Source of the DNA: an uncultured virus (IMG/VR IMGVR_UViG_3300030426_000047)
Taxonomy: Duplodnaviria; Heunggongvirae; Uroviricota; Caudoviricetes
IMG/VR virus record: IMGVR_UViG_3300030426_000047
Length of the DNA stretch: 64,000 nt
Strand: one strand, 5' to 3'
Numbering within the stretch: the first letter of the stretch is position 1; the number at the start of each line of letters is the position of its first letter. Below are positions 8,214 to 18,770 of the stretch, in pieces. Below the pieces are notes generated by a model. The model saw only the letters and a program-made list of their open reading frames with translations. It had not been told where the DNA came from and did not search any database. Made by a program: the position numbers and the translations under genes.

Positions 8214-11200
8214 TTAGCCCCTTAAAGGCATTCCCTGTCCTTCCCACCTACGGACAATTGACAAAATCTTTTCCGTATTACCGGCGATTGCATGGAGAGC
8301 AGCTTTCATGTCGTTACGCATTTCAGCAATTTGCTTTTCCATCCCGGACGATTCCGAAGATATCGATCCAGACCCATTTTCAACCAGCAGCCTTGGCGGT
8401 GATTGTATAATTCCACGCAATCCGCCGATCATGCCACCGTCGGCAAATGTGTCATTATTGATGGCCAGCAACTCAGGCCAATATTTAGCGGTTTGCCGCT
8501 GGTTAACGACAAACTCCCGACCCATTCCCCAGTTGGCCCGACCGTTTATCATGCCAAGGAAAACATCGTCCGCAGATCCAGAGCCTTCCCGGATCAATCC
8601 GCCGTCAGGGTGAGCGCCAAGCCAGCCGCCAGTTGCTGCCAGCACTCCGCCTTCATTATCATCACCATATCCAGGACCACTTGGGCCTGTCGCCTCGGAA
8701 CCTCCGGCTGCACCGCCTGTACCGCTTCCGCCTCCTGGATCGTGGGTCCCCATGCCACCACCGCCGCCGATGTCGGTCATGCCGCTGGTTCCAGGATCGG
8801 TGTCAGTACCTTCGTTCGCCCCGAAAAATCCGGTACCGGCAAATTGACCTTTCGCTTTTTCCGCCAAGACGTCTATGCCGATCGACAGAGCTTTGGCCGC
8901 AGCCAGGCCGACAACCCCCAGCGTTGCCGTAGCGACAGAGGTAGTGGCGACTTTTGCCGCTGTCGCAATCGCGTCTATGCCAAACGCTATAGCTTTTTCA
9001 GCCAAACTCTGAGTGGCAAGCGCCGAATCAACTTTTGCAGCACTCTCTGCTTTTGTTGCAGCAGCACCGGCGGTCGTAGCCTCGGTCGATTCGTTCTTGC
9101 TTTTCGCAGCTTCACCGGCAACCTCACTTTCTTTTTCATGTGCTTCGTTTAGGCCGTGCATGATGTCTGCTGCCGACTCAGAAGCAGCGCCGGCCATATT
9201 GATTGCCCTGGTCAGGGTAAGAATTTTTGAGTCTGCGATATCTTCCGATGTCTGCCCGAGAGAGGTGATCACGGAATTGAAGATGGCGAGTTTTTCACCA
9301 GCTGTCGCCGTGCTTTGACTGAGCATCATAATGAGCGGAAACAATCCACCAGCACCGGAAAGAAACGATTTAGAATCAGAGTTGCTCAAGATTGTCGACG
9401 GCCCGGTAAATTCCAACTCCGGTCCTTTCTCGCCGACAACCCGCAGCCCCCCAGGATGGATTCCGCCTTCCGCAAAACCAAAGATCCCGGTAACAACATC
9501 AATTGCCGGACCAATCCAGCCGGACCCTGAAGACCCTGATCCGGCGCCACCGGATCCACCTGACCCCGAACCGCTACCCTCAAACAAACCTGTAACAAAG
9601 TCTAGCCCGGCATCAATCCATCCAGCCGACTCTTTTTGGCCACTGCTTGAATACGTGCCGAAAATTTTATCGGCAAGTCCAGCTGCAGCCATTTCTGCGG
9701 CAATTCCGAGAAAGGTCGAGAGCATTCGGTCAGTAAGACCTTTCCATGCTTCGCCGATTGAATTGAACTCTCCGCGCAGGCTGTCACCCAAAACATTTCT
9801 GACCGAGTAACTGGCACCGGTTGCGAACATCGACCAATCCATGCCCGCCTTTTCGGTGGTTTTTTGCGTCGACTCCTCGTATTCCTTATTGAGCCTGACG
9901 AGAGTGACAAACGAATCCTCAACAGTCCCTGCGGCGTTCTGGATGCCGTTAAGGGCAAGGATGTGGCGCTCTGTGGCTATCCTGGATTGTTCGAGGGACC
10001 TGGTTCTTTCTGCTTCTTTCTGGGTGGCTTTATCGAGGGAGGTGAAATACTTATTAATGGCGTCGTCGATCTTGTCGTATTGCTCGACTCCGACGTTGCC
10101 GGTGGTGAAAAGACTTCGGTCCAGTTCCTTGTGCTTTTCGACAGTTGCTTGAACGCTGGTTTGGACGTTCTTTTCAGCCTCGACGACTGCGGCCCCGGCT
10201 GTTGTCGCGGCTTCACCGGCGGCAGTTGTCGCCTTACCCCGGTTCTCAATCTCGACAACGAGCCTGGCTTCTTCAGCCCGCAACGGCTCAAGAAGCTTTT
10301 CTTTATCCTTCCAATTTCCCCACGAGTCCTGGGTCTCGGATATTTTTTCCCTGACCTCAACCAACCGGTCTTTCATGAAGGCCACACCGCTCAGGATTTC
10401 ATCCTGCCAGACCTTCATGTCTGCCGGATCGGCTATCAGCCAGCTGGCAAGAGACTTGTCCTTCGAGGCGGCGACGATAGCCAGGCCTTGAATACTCCTG
10501 ACCACATTACCGACACCCTCGACGGTCGCGGCTGCAGCCTGAGCAAGCCCGCCAAAGAGGCTGATAATAGCATCCTTGTTTTGAAAGACGACAGTTGCCA
10601 GATCGCCGATATTCCCGGCGATATCCTGGGTAATGATCTTATCGTTTTCAATCCACCATTCCTTGAAATTACCGATAAGCCCTTTCATCTCTGGGGCAAG
10701 TTCTGCACCAATTGCAAATCCCATCTCGGTCAGGATATTGCGACCGATATCCATCTGCGCGGCGAAAGCCTCGCCCGCCTTTGCCGACTCAATTTCAAGA
10801 GCTGTGCCGCGCTCCATCTCATCGTTGGCAAGACGCAGGGCATTGTCGAGCACGCCGGTATTAACCGCCATGGTCGGAAGAACTTTCAAAACCTCTTCAC
10901 CCTTCAGACCAAACATTTCAAGGGCCTCGGCAGCGGTCATGCCGCCCTCGATCATGCCGCCGATTCCCTGCAGCCATTTCTGGAAAACCAGGGTGGCGTT
11001 GTCGCCGAAGGCCTGTTTGAGATCCTTCTCGGCAATGCCGGTAACTATCGACAGGTTTTTAATCTCATCGCCGCCGGCGGCAATCGAGGCTTCAATGGTG
11101 CGCATCGCCCGACCGACAACAGAGCCGCCGAGTTCTGCCTGAATACCGATTGATTTCATCGCCGCGCCAAGGGCCAGAGCGTCGGACGAAGTCACGGAAA

Positions 11201-11816
11201 AAACGGAAGTGGCAAGACCTACCTCAGTGGCAAGACCAAGAATCTCAGATTCGGTAGCTGCTGAATTATTACCGAGCGCAACGATCACCGCGCCAAATTT
11301 ATCGACGGTATCGATACCCTCGCCGGTAACATTCAACAACCGGGCTATCGATGCAGCGCCCTCAGCGCCGACGATATCGGTAGCAAGGCTCAGTTTACCG
11401 ACAACCTCGGTAAACTTCGCGACGTTGCCTACACCTTTAATCCCCAGCTGCCCGGCAACCCCGGCGATATCGAGCAGGGCGGCGGTGGCGACAGGCACGC
11501 GACGGCCCATATCGGTAATGGCCGCGCCGAAAGTGGCCATCTCTTTTGCGGTAAAATCTGTGGTCTTCTGGACGCCGATCAGCCTGGTCTCGATATCGGC
11601 AAAGACCTGCAGGCCCTTGCCGCCAACCAGAGCCAGGATCGTGCCGAAGGCTGTGACAAAGGCACCAATCGCCGCGCCGCCGACAGCCAGCCGCTTGCCG
11701 AAATTATCGACATAGCTCCCAGCCGTTCCGAGATCCTTGGCAACATTGCCGCCAAATTTCGAAACGACTATCGATCCTTTATCATCGACGATGAGATCTA
11801 TTTTGAGCTGAGCCAT
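8214..11816 (-). CDS. Tail tape measure protein (TP901-type core)
   Basis: 1200 aa, Ala/Gly-rich helical; ALGNNSAATESEI; FAEGG..VVGEKGPEL motif. Confidence 0.92.
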   Translation of the reverse strand: MAQLKIDLIVDDKGSIVVSKFGGNVAKDLGTAGSYVDNFGKRLAVGGAAIGAFVTAFGTILALVGGKGLQVFADIETRLIGVQKTTDFTAKEMATFGAAITDMGRRVPVATAALLDIAGVAGQLGIKGVGNVAKFTEVVGKLSLATDIVGAEGAASIARLLNVTGEGIDTVDKFGAVIVALGNNSAATESEILGLATEVGLATSVFSVTSSDALALGAAMKSIGIQAELGGSVVGRAMRTIEASIAAGGDEIKNLSIVTGIAEKDLKQAFGDNATLVFQKWLQGIGGMIEGGMTAAEALEMFGLKGEEVLKVLPTMAVNTGVLDNALRLANDEMERGTALEIESAKAGEAFAAQMDIGRNILTEMGFAIGAELAPEMKGLIGNFKEWWIENDKIITQDIAGNIGDLATVVFQNKDAIISLFGGLAQAAAATVEGVGNVVRSIQGLAIVAASKDKSLASWLIADPADMKVWQDEILSGVAFMKDRLVEVREKISETQDSWGNWKDKEKLLEPLRAEEARLVVEIENRGKATTAAGEAATTAGAAVVEAEKNVQTSVQATVEKHKELDRSLFTTGNVGVEQYDKIDDAINKYFTSLDKATQKEAERTRSLEQSRIATERHILALNGIQNAAGTVEDSFVTLVRLNKEYEESTQKTTEKAGMDWSMFATGASYSVRNVLGDSLRGEFNSIGEAWKGLTDRMLSTFLGIAAEMAAAGLADKIFGTYSSSGQKESAGWIDAGLDFVTGLFEGSGSGSGGSGGAGSGSSGSGWIGPAIDVVTGIFGFAEGGIHPGGLRVVGEKGPELEFTGPSTILSNSDSKSFLSGAGGLFPLIMMLSQSTATAGEKLAIFNSVITSLGQTSEDIADSKILTLTRAINMAGAASESAADIMHGLNEAHEKESEVAGEAAKSKNESTEATTAGAAATKAESAAKVDSALATQSLAEKAIAFGIDAIATAAKVATTSVATATLGVVGLAAAKALSIGIDVLAEKAKGQFAGTGFFGANEGTDTDPGTSGMTDIGGGGGMGTHDPGGGSGTGGAAGGSEATGPSGPGYGDDNEGGVLAATGGWLGAHPDGGLIREGSGSADDVFLGMINGRANWGMGREFVVNQRQTAKYWPELLAINNDTFADGGMIGGLRGIIQSPPRLLVENGSGSISSESSGMEKQIAEMRNDMKAALHAIAGNTEKILSIVRRWEGQGMPLRG

Positions 11817-12213
11817 TCTTTTTCTCTCGCGCCTTTTCCCGCTGCTTTTGCTGTTCGCCTGCGATCAGTCCGGCAATCTCGCCGATAATCGTTTTTACAT
11901 CGTCAAAAACTGCCAACCGGTCCATGATGTCGATTTGCATGGCATCCATGACAACCTCGATATTGCCGTTGTCGATGGTCATCGTTCCGGTCTCGCTGCT
12001 GTAGCGCCACTGATCATTGCAGCGGCTGTATACCGCCACCGCCATCATGTTGCCTTGGTGCAACTCCGGTCGGCAGGTCCCACATGGCGGCTGTTTCTGC
12101 ACCGGCGGCGCCTTATCCCAGGGCCGCTTTTTGTTGCGAGCCGCATAGGTGTCAAGGCACCCCCGGCAACTATCCCGCCCGACTCCGGATAACCAGGCGG
12201 AATAGTCGATTAG
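11782..12213 (-). CDS. Tail assembly chaperone, frameshift extension (gpT-like)
   Basis: Open -1 frame continuing from slippery AAAAAAC at the end of the upstream gene; CxxC motifs. Confidence 0.7.
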   Translation of the reverse strand, partial: LIDYSAWLSGVGRDSCRGCLDTYAARNKKRPWDKAPPVQKQPPCGTCRPELHQGNMMAVAVYSRCNDQWRYSSETGTMTIDNGNIEVVMDAMQIDIMDRLAVFDDVKTIIGEIAGLIAGEQQKQREKAREKKNGSAQNRSHRR

Positions 12214-12614
12214 TTTTTTCTTTTTTCCTCTGTCTGCTTACGCGCAGCCTCCTCAACAATCGCCCGTTTCTCGTTGACAAAAGCCATGAAGTCATTGGAG
12301 CAGGCCCACTTACGCTTTGCGGCCTCACTGCATTTCATTTGCTTCCCGACCTGGTCAAAAAAGTTTTCCCAGTTGACGACGGCCCGGACTACAGTTTCCT
12401 GCCGATCAACCAGGGCGTTGTAGTTCTGCTCCTGGATGGGCCGCTTTAGCTCATCATTATAGGCGGTGCGGTTAGTAAACGATTTAGCGGTAATCGCGGC
12501 AATATCGCTCTCATCAAGGTTTTGGATCTCTACACGGCCACCGTCAGGGTCATCGGGATAGTCGAACCACATGGACACTCGTGAGGTAAGTCTTGGCATT
12601 TTCGTGTTCCCCAT
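12210..12614 (-). CDS. Tail assembly chaperone (gpG-like)
   Basis: Between tail tube and TMP; VVNWENFFD motif; ends in GAAAAAACTAA. Confidence 0.8.
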   Translation of the reverse strand: MGNTKMPRLTSRVSMWFDYPDDPDGGRVEIQNLDESDIAAITAKSFTNRTAYNDELKRPIQEQNYNALVDRQETVVRAVVNWENFFDQVGKQMKCSEAAKRKWACSNDFMAFVNEKRAIVEEAARKQTEEKRKN

Positions 12615-12717
12615 TTTTAAAGATCAAGCCCCCCTCTTGATAGATAAGAAAACAGCCCGGCTGGATTTTCGGGATGGGTGATGGGGGGACACCCTCCAGC
12701 CGGTCTGTCCTGATTAA

Positions 12718-13440
12718 TTACAGCCCGCCGCCGTGCAGCTCCATACCTGCGACTCCGGCTTCTGCGGTGAGCTCGCCCTTTGTCGCCAAAGTGAGCGTGC
12801 CGGCAACAACTGCAGTGATCGTGGTATTGATTACGTCGTTGCTGGTCGAGTCAAGGATCAGTAGAGTCATCCCGGCGACAAAGCCTTTTGTGATAAATTT
12901 ACTGGCAGAGTCGGTAATGGTGTCGTTTGCCACGCCGCCGTCGACGAAAGCGATGGTCGGCACCGCACCTTCGGTGTGATGGGCGGTGTAGACGGCAAGC
13001 CTGCCGTTCGGGACAATCTTACCAGTGATAGGAAAAGCGTCATTTTTACCAACCTCGCCCGATGTCATATCGACGATCTGCATTGAGGAGGAAGGATCGT
13101 TGGCAAGATCTGTAGTGAAAAAATGTTCCATATCGAGAAAACAGAGCATATCCCGGCCAACCAGTTTGGTTTTGTCATAGGCAAATTTCTTTAGCCGGTT
13201 CTGGCCGTCATGATCACCGACAACCATGTTGCCGCCAAAAGACAAATCGTTATATGATCCGCCACCGGCAAACGCCCGTGCGAACTCGTTACGAAACTCG
13301 TCGATAGTAATGACCTGGCGGGTAAAACCAGGCGCTGCCAATTTGTTCAAACCCTTGACCACGGCCTGAGTCGCCTCACCGTAATCAAGAACTATCGCGG
13401 CATCGGTGCCGATAGTGTACTGCAGTGCTGTTGCTTCCAT
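12718..13440 (-). CDS. Major tail tube protein with C-terminal Ig-like extension
   Basis: Position, size and beta-rich composition. Confidence 0.7.
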   Translation of the reverse strand: MEATALQYTIGTDAAIVLDYGEATQAVVKGLNKLAAPGFTRQVITIDEFRNEFARAFAGGGSYNDLSFGGNMVVGDHDGQNRLKKFAYDKTKLVGRDMLCFLDMEHFFTTDLANDPSSSMQIVDMTSGEVGKNDAFPITGKIVPNGRLAVYTAHHTEGAVPTIAFVDGGVANDTITDSASKFITKGFVAGMTLLILDSTSNDVINTTITAVVAGTLTLATKGELTAEAGVAGMELHGGGL

Positions 13441-13470
13441 GAGATTCTCCTCGTATGCTGCGTTACTGTT

Positions 13471-13935
13471 TTATTTATCCCAGCGACCGCGCATCGGGGC
13501 CGGGTACTTGATTCTGACAATCATGTTGGTCGAGAAAATCGGGAACATCTCGACCGGGTCGTTTTCAACCTGGACCTGCTCGACATAGCCGCCGAACAGA
13601 TCGGCGGTTTCAACTGCGGCCAGGACCAACTGCCGGAAATCTTCCAGGTCGTTTACCTGGTTGAACTTTTTCAGGTGGTCGACAGTTACCGGATCGCTTT
13701 CGTCGGCTATTCCGCAGGTAATGACAACCTCTGCGGATTCCATGGCGACGGCTTTACCCTCAAGGCCTGAGACCTGGGCAACCATGGCAATGGGGTATTC
13801 GTTATCCGCCGGCAGACGATCAAGATCTATGCCGAGCTGAACGGTCTGCCACTGCTCGTATTTATCCAAACACCAGTTGGTAAGAAAGCTGTTGTCGGCG
13901 ATGGCCTGGGCGATATTTTCAGACAGGGTGGTCAT
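13471..13935 (-). CDS. Tail terminator-like protein
   Basis: Position before tail tube; acidic, YP motif. Confidence 0.55.
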   Translation of the reverse strand: MTTLSENIAQAIADNSFLTNWCLDKYEQWQTVQLGIDLDRLPADNEYPIAMVAQVSGLEGKAVAMESAEVVITCGIADESDPVTVDHLKKFNQVNDLEDFRQLVLAAVETADLFGGYVEQVQVENDPVEMFPIFSTNMIVRIKYPAPMRGRWDK

Positions 13936-14552
13936 ATTTTTTCACCGCGTTGCTTACGTTCAAAATTGCTGACAATGTTTTTTTCCGCCTGGTCCTTGTG
14001 TGCATCCCAGAACGGCACGACAATCGGGCGTGGCTTGATCTCAAGGCTGGTCGTTCCTTTGCGCAGGAAAAAGTATTTTGCTATGGCCTTGCCACGTCCT
14101 TTTTTATAGTCGCCGCCAATTGTCGCCCACAATTTCCGCAAAGTAGAGCCGATGATCCGCCGACCTGGATCTGCAGTGCCGCCTTCCTGAACAGCATGGG
14201 CGATACGCCGCCACGACTTAGAGCTTTGCGGCCCATCGAAGCCGACCGACATAACGGTTTCATCGGCCTCTTTTTTCACGCTGTAGCGCACCGCGACTGC
14301 CAGTGCGGCGAGCGGTTTTTTGCTGGCCCTGGTGCCACGGCTGACAACCCTGAGCGGAGTAAACGCTGACCCTGCAACCTGGCCTTGACGCAGATCTTTC
14401 TGCAGCTCGCGCATCAACCGGAACAACTCGACTTTTACCGCCGTTTCTGCAACGCCCTTCCGCTTCGAGTCATACCGTTTTAGGTCGCGGTGCAGCTCCG
14501 CAAGGTTGCGGAAGACCAGCCTTGCGCCACTTGGAATAGTTGCCGAACTCAT
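13932..14552 (-). CDS. Neck / tail-completion protein (basic, gpZ-like position)
   Basis: Basic protein with PRPIVVPFW; gene order. Confidence 0.55.
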   Translation of the reverse strand: MSSATIPSGARLVFRNLAELHRDLKRYDSKRKGVAETAVKVELFRLMRELQKDLRQGQVAGSAFTPLRVVSRGTRASKKPLAALAVAVRYSVKKEADETVMSVGFDGPQSSKSWRRIAHAVQEGGTADPGRRIIGSTLRKLWATIGGDYKKGRGKAIAKYFFLRKGTTSLEIKPRPIVVPFWDAHKDQAEKNIVSNFERKQRGEKI

Positions 14553-14863
14553 GGCCGCATCCTCCTGTCGCTCTCAATCTGCAGCACGTGCTTGTAAGAT
14601 GTCGAGCCTTCCATCGCCGACTTGACCCGCCAGTTTTTACCGTCGATCACCACCAGATCGTCAACCGCCCAGGTCGGAACATCGGCAACCAGAACCTGCA
14701 ATTCACCGACGCTTTTTGACCCGGCGCTAGACCCCTTCGGCGCGGCGGTGAGACGGAAGATTCCGTCCACCGGCACGCCGCTGTACTCGATCTCTTCACC
14801 GAGTAATTCGGGAGTAAAGGCTTTGGCCATTGCTGTAGCCATTTTCTCTTTGATGGTGGTCAT
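14549..14863 (-). CDS. Head-tail joining protein (gpFII-like)
   Basis: GEEIEY..DLVVIDGKNWRV pattern; gene order. Confidence 0.65.
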   Translation of the reverse strand: MTTIKEKMATAMAKAFTPELLGEEIEYSGVPVDGIFRLTAAPKGSSAGSKSVGELQVLVADVPTWAVDDLVVIDGKNWRVKSAMEGSTSYKHVLQIESDRRMRP

Positions 14864-14881
14864 AGCCGGTTCGGGTCCAGA

Positions 14882-15268
14882 TTACCTGGTTACGGTGTAC
14901 TCAAGAACTATCCGAAATTTCCCGGCGGTCAGAGCGGCAATGGCAATTGACAGCACAGGTACTTTTCTGGCAGCTGTTTTGACAGTTGTCGCTGACGTAC
15001 CGACAGGCACTGTTGCAAGGGTTGCGTTCAGGGCAAAGGTCGCAACAGCCTCAGCCGCCAAAATATCCTCAGCAGCAACCAACTTCACAGCAAGGGTCGC
15101 CGCGCCGCCGCTGGTGCATGCCTTTACAACGTCGATCAAACCAAAATCGACCAGAGCGCCGTTCGGGATATCGCCGCCGCGCAGGGCAATGTCACCAACC
15201 GCGCCGCCGTCCTTGGCGAAATCGTATTCGAAGATCGCCACTCGTTTTCTGTTTTCCAAAGGGTTCAT
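14882..15268 (-). CDS. Capsid decoration-like protein
   Basis: Small beta-rich protein immediately after capsid gene. Confidence 0.55.
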   Translation of the reverse strand: MNPLENRKRVAIFEYDFAKDGGAVGDIALRGGDIPNGALVDFGLIDVVKACTSGGAATLAVKLVAAEDILAAEAVATFALNATLATVPVGTSATTVKTAARKVPVLSIAIAALTAGKFRIVLEYTVTR

Positions 15269-15346
15269 GTGCTACCTTCCTTTATTTTATATTCAGCTGT
15301 CGGCCTGGAGTTTTGACACTCCAGGCTGATACCGTTGTTATTTTAA

Positions 15347-17356
15347 TTACCCGGCGTTTTTAACCATGCCACGGAAATCCATGGCTTTTGCTCCGGCATC
15401 CATTCGAACTTTGTGCTCGATACCGTCGACGGTCCAGCCGGTCCGCTGCTCCATAAAAGGTTTCTGCACACCGTCCAGGAAAAACACCTTGACGGTTTTA
15501 CCCTTCGGCCCGAGCAGGTACCAGGCGGTGGCAGAGGCGTCATCCAGTCGCGACTCGTAGATTCGTTTATATTTTGGCCCGAAGTATGGGTTAGCCCGAG
15601 TGGCCGCTGCGTTGGCCCCGACAAACATCTGCGAACAAAAAAACACTTCGCTGGTCCCTTCCAGCGCTTTTGGTGCGAGATGGAATTCAGGAGAAAGGTT
15701 GAGGCGCCGTTTTCCTTGGACGTCTTTCTGCACACCCATCAATTTAATGGCTTCCGCCATGGTGATCTCAGTCAGCGCGCCGGCAGTTCCGAGATTTTTA
15801 TGGGTGGCGTGGAACAGGGCGACGCCATCGCCCATGGCCGAATTGGCGGTCAGCACGGCATAGACCACATCGCCGACCTTGCGGGCGGCTGCTTCTCCGT
15901 GCGAGAATGGGATGTCAGTCAGGGCACCGATATCGTCATTGATAATTGCCTGCCTGGTGATGGCGAAAATCTTGCCGTAGGTGGCAATAGCGTAGCTCTC
16001 AAAAGTCTCGCTGCGCTCTTCGTAATCGTACTCGCCACCTTCGGGGATCTCGGTAAGATCTTCGCCCTCGGAAGCCCGCGCCGCTTTATGGGTAAGAAAG
16101 TTGGAAACTGCTCCGGCTTCACACCACTCGGCCCACGTTTCATTCGCCGCATCGAAGCCCATCATCAGGCTGAGGTTTGCGGTAGCGCCGAGAATAGTCG
16201 GCATGTCCGAACTCATCAGCGCCCGGCCGACAACCTCAAGAGGCCTGCCAGAATCGGATTGACCCGAGCGGATAAGTGCCATACGGCAGAGTTCAACCAT
16301 GGAGCGGCCGGCCAGTTCATCAAAACCGGGCGCAGGTTTTTCAATCTGTTTACCGGCGCGAAGAAGGAGGGAGTCTCGGCCAGCACCGCGAAACTTGTCG
16401 CGATCCTCAGCCCCGAGTTGAATCGGTGAGCGGTGGCCATACCCTTCCGGCGTGCTGTTGTTTTTGGCAATGTAATCAAGAACCGCCTGCCGTGCCTGAT
16501 CGACTGTCTTGCCGTCATTGCACAATCCTGCGGCGATATCGCGACAGCCGAACTTGTCACACATGGCGTTGATCTCTCCGGTCCGCTCGCGTTCGGCACG
16601 GACGGCAAGATCTGCCGCCTGTCTGGCAAGATCCTCCTGGGTTTGTCCGCCTGCGGGACCACCGGTCCCGGCTCGCTGCGAGTCAACATCTTGATTCATT
16701 TTCTCAAAGAAGACATTTGCCTCTTCGTCCGTTGCATCCTTGCGCAGACCGTGCCGCTCAAGGAAGGCTCTCAATTTAGGGTCCATGAGGTTTTCCTTAT
16801 GTTGGGGCGCGGGCTCGCCTTTGTCTGCCCTTGCCTTTGCCAGTTCATCCGCCCCGATAGGACAGACGCTTAATTCCTTCAACTTCCACTTCGTCACTAC
16901 TTTGACCGGCCCGCTGAACTCGCGACCGGAGACAACCTGTTTTGTTCCAGCATCGATCCACACCGACTCAAGCACCCGATAGCCGACAGAGAAATCAGTA
17001 AGATGTCCCTCGGCCACCTTAATGTAGGGACCTTCCGCTTCTGCGACTGTGCTGAAGTGCGCACGCCCGACCAGTCCGTCGCCGACAATCTGCATACCAC
17101 GAAACGAACCGATCACCGACGCGGTCGAATAGCGGCTATGAGTATCGAGCAACGGCACCTGAAGATTTACAGGCATCTCAAGGCCGGACATCAGGAGGAT
17201 CTCGTCGATATAGCCCCGGTCCCAGTCGTAAATTGCCGCAGGGTTTTCGGTGGTGGCCAGGACCTCGACCGAACGGTCATCCTCATTCAGGGAAGACGGC
17301 TTTCCGCCCGCCATGGTCAGAGGCATTGCCCGGTAAAGATCGTATTTCTTTTTCAT
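15347..17356 (-). CDS. Prohead protease - major capsid protein fusion
   Basis: N-terminal HK97-type protease (PLLDTH, FSVGY, ELSVCPIGAD); C-terminal capsid (TYGKIFAITRQAIINDD, KVRMDAGAKAMDFRG). Confidence 0.92.
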   Translation of the reverse strand: MKKKYDLYRAMPLTMAGGKPSSLNEDDRSVEVLATTENPAAIYDWDRGYIDEILLMSGLEMPVNLQVPLLDTHSRYSTASVIGSFRGMQIVGDGLVGRAHFSTVAEAEGPYIKVAEGHLTDFSVGYRVLESVWIDAGTKQVVSGREFSGPVKVVTKWKLKELSVCPIGADELAKARADKGEPAPQHKENLMDPKLRAFLERHGLRKDATDEEANVFFEKMNQDVDSQRAGTGGPAGGQTQEDLARQAADLAVRAERERTGEINAMCDKFGCRDIAAGLCNDGKTVDQARQAVLDYIAKNNSTPEGYGHRSPIQLGAEDRDKFRGAGRDSLLLRAGKQIEKPAPGFDELAGRSMVELCRMALIRSGQSDSGRPLEVVGRALMSSDMPTILGATANLSLMMGFDAANETWAEWCEAGAVSNFLTHKAARASEGEDLTEIPEGGEYDYEERSETFESYAIATYGKIFAITRQAIINDDIGALTDIPFSHGEAAARKVGDVVYAVLTANSAMGDGVALFHATHKNLGTAGALTEITMAEAIKLMGVQKDVQGKRRLNLSPEFHLAPKALEGTSEVFFCSQMFVGANAAATRANPYFGPKYKRIYESRLDDASATAWYLLGPKGKTVKVFFLDGVQKPFMEQRTGWTVDGIEHKVRMDAGAKAMDFRGMVKNAG

Positions 17357-17360
17357 GCGT

Positions 17361-18770
17361 CTACTCCTTGGTTATCGCCGCCGGATTATTGGCCAGGGCG
17401 GTACTTGTTTTGCTCGGGCTGATTCCCTTTTTTTCAGCCATCTTTTCAGCCTCGGCAATCTCGTCGTAAATGTCTTCAAGCTGCCGGCCACGAGCGGCTG
17501 CGATCTCCTGGGGAGAGCGCAGCAGGTTCGACATTTCGTCGGTGTGGGCTTTGGCATCGCGAAGAAGATCGACCGGATCGGCGACCGGCGGTTGCCATGT
17601 TGCTCTGCGGTAACGCATGGGGTCCGACCAGTAACCGGGCAAATCAAGTTTGCCGTGGAGAACGGCCTCGTCCAGGAAAGCTTCGAAAATCGGCTTGCAG
17701 CATTGACGGATATGGCGCCCGACAATTGGTCTCATCGCGTGCTTGAAATCGGCGCGGATAACCTTGATCACTGCCCAGTTGAGACCGGTGTAATCGCCGG
17801 ACAACAACTCGTAAGGTACGCCGGTCGCAACCGAGATCATCGACAGGACCAGCCGGACAAAAGGTGTGAGCTGCGGTGTCGGCCGGGGATTGCTGGCCAG
17901 GACAATATCCTCTCCAGCGTTGAGGTATTCAATAATGCCGTTTTCAAGGTCTTGGATACGGTCGGCGTTATCGTCGCCTTCCTTGCGGCCTTCCGGATTC
18001 ATCGACTTGACGAACGCCAGCCACTTGGAGGCAAACTTAAATCCGTCAATCTCGCCTTCCATGCATTCCTGCAGATCGCGGGTGACAAGCACACCCGAAA
18101 CAAAATCGGAGATGCCACGCAGCTGGCCGGGACGAAGTGTTTTAAACCCGTGGATAATCTGATCTGCAAGGATTCGCTGAGGCTTTTTAAAACCCCTTGG
18201 GTCGCTGTAATGATGGGCGATCACCTCGCCGGTCTTGATGTCGTACTCGACACCTTGTTCGATTTCGTTATTGCCGGATTTGGTTGCGCCGTAGTTTGTC
18301 AACCAGTCAGGCTCATACATCTGCAAAGCCAGGGGAAGATAGCGGCCAGGGCGAGAAGATCTAGTTTTGATAATAATAAACTCGCCGCACTCGGTATCCT
18401 GATCTTTGGCGAGCCGTACCATTTCTTGAAGATGGAGCCGCCCGGCGATATCGGCCTTTTCAGCCCACCGGTTAAAACCATCTTCTATTTTTTGCGAGAT
18501 GACAGGAGAATATTTATTGTCTGGACCGAGCGCCCTGGACTGCAGTTGGATGCCGTCACCCACCGTGTAATCGGAGAGGACAACCATTGCCCTTTTAAAA
18601 TAAGGAAAGTCGCGGATCAGCTGCCTGACCCTAGCCCGGACTCCAGGCCCTGCCATGGAAATCAAATCGTTGACAGCAAGGTCGGTAGGATGCCAGCCAT
18701 GATGAGACCGGCCGGTCTTGGCGGCAGCATAACGTTCGCCACGCCTCGGCATCTGCACAACCTTACCCAT
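17361..18770 (-). CDS. Portal protein, lambda family
   Basis: VGDGIQLQ, QGVEYD, RPGQLRGIS, GVPYELLSGD, DPVDLLRD motifs. Confidence 0.92.
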   Translation of the reverse strand: MGKVVQMPRRGERYAAAKTGRSHHGWHPTDLAVNDLISMAGPGVRARVRQLIRDFPYFKRAMVVLSDYTVGDGIQLQSRALGPDNKYSPVISQKIEDGFNRWAEKADIAGRLHLQEMVRLAKDQDTECGEFIIIKTRSSRPGRYLPLALQMYEPDWLTNYGATKSGNNEIEQGVEYDIKTGEVIAHHYSDPRGFKKPQRILADQIIHGFKTLRPGQLRGISDFVSGVLVTRDLQECMEGEIDGFKFASKWLAFVKSMNPEGRKEGDDNADRIQDLENGIIEYLNAGEDIVLASNPRPTPQLTPFVRLVLSMISVATGVPYELLSGDYTGLNWAVIKVIRADFKHAMRPIVGRHIRQCCKPIFEAFLDEAVLHGKLDLPGYWSDPMRYRRATWQPPVADPVDLLRDAKAHTDEMSNLLRSPQEIAAARGRQLEDIYDEIAEAEKMAEKKGISPSKTSTALANNPAAITKE

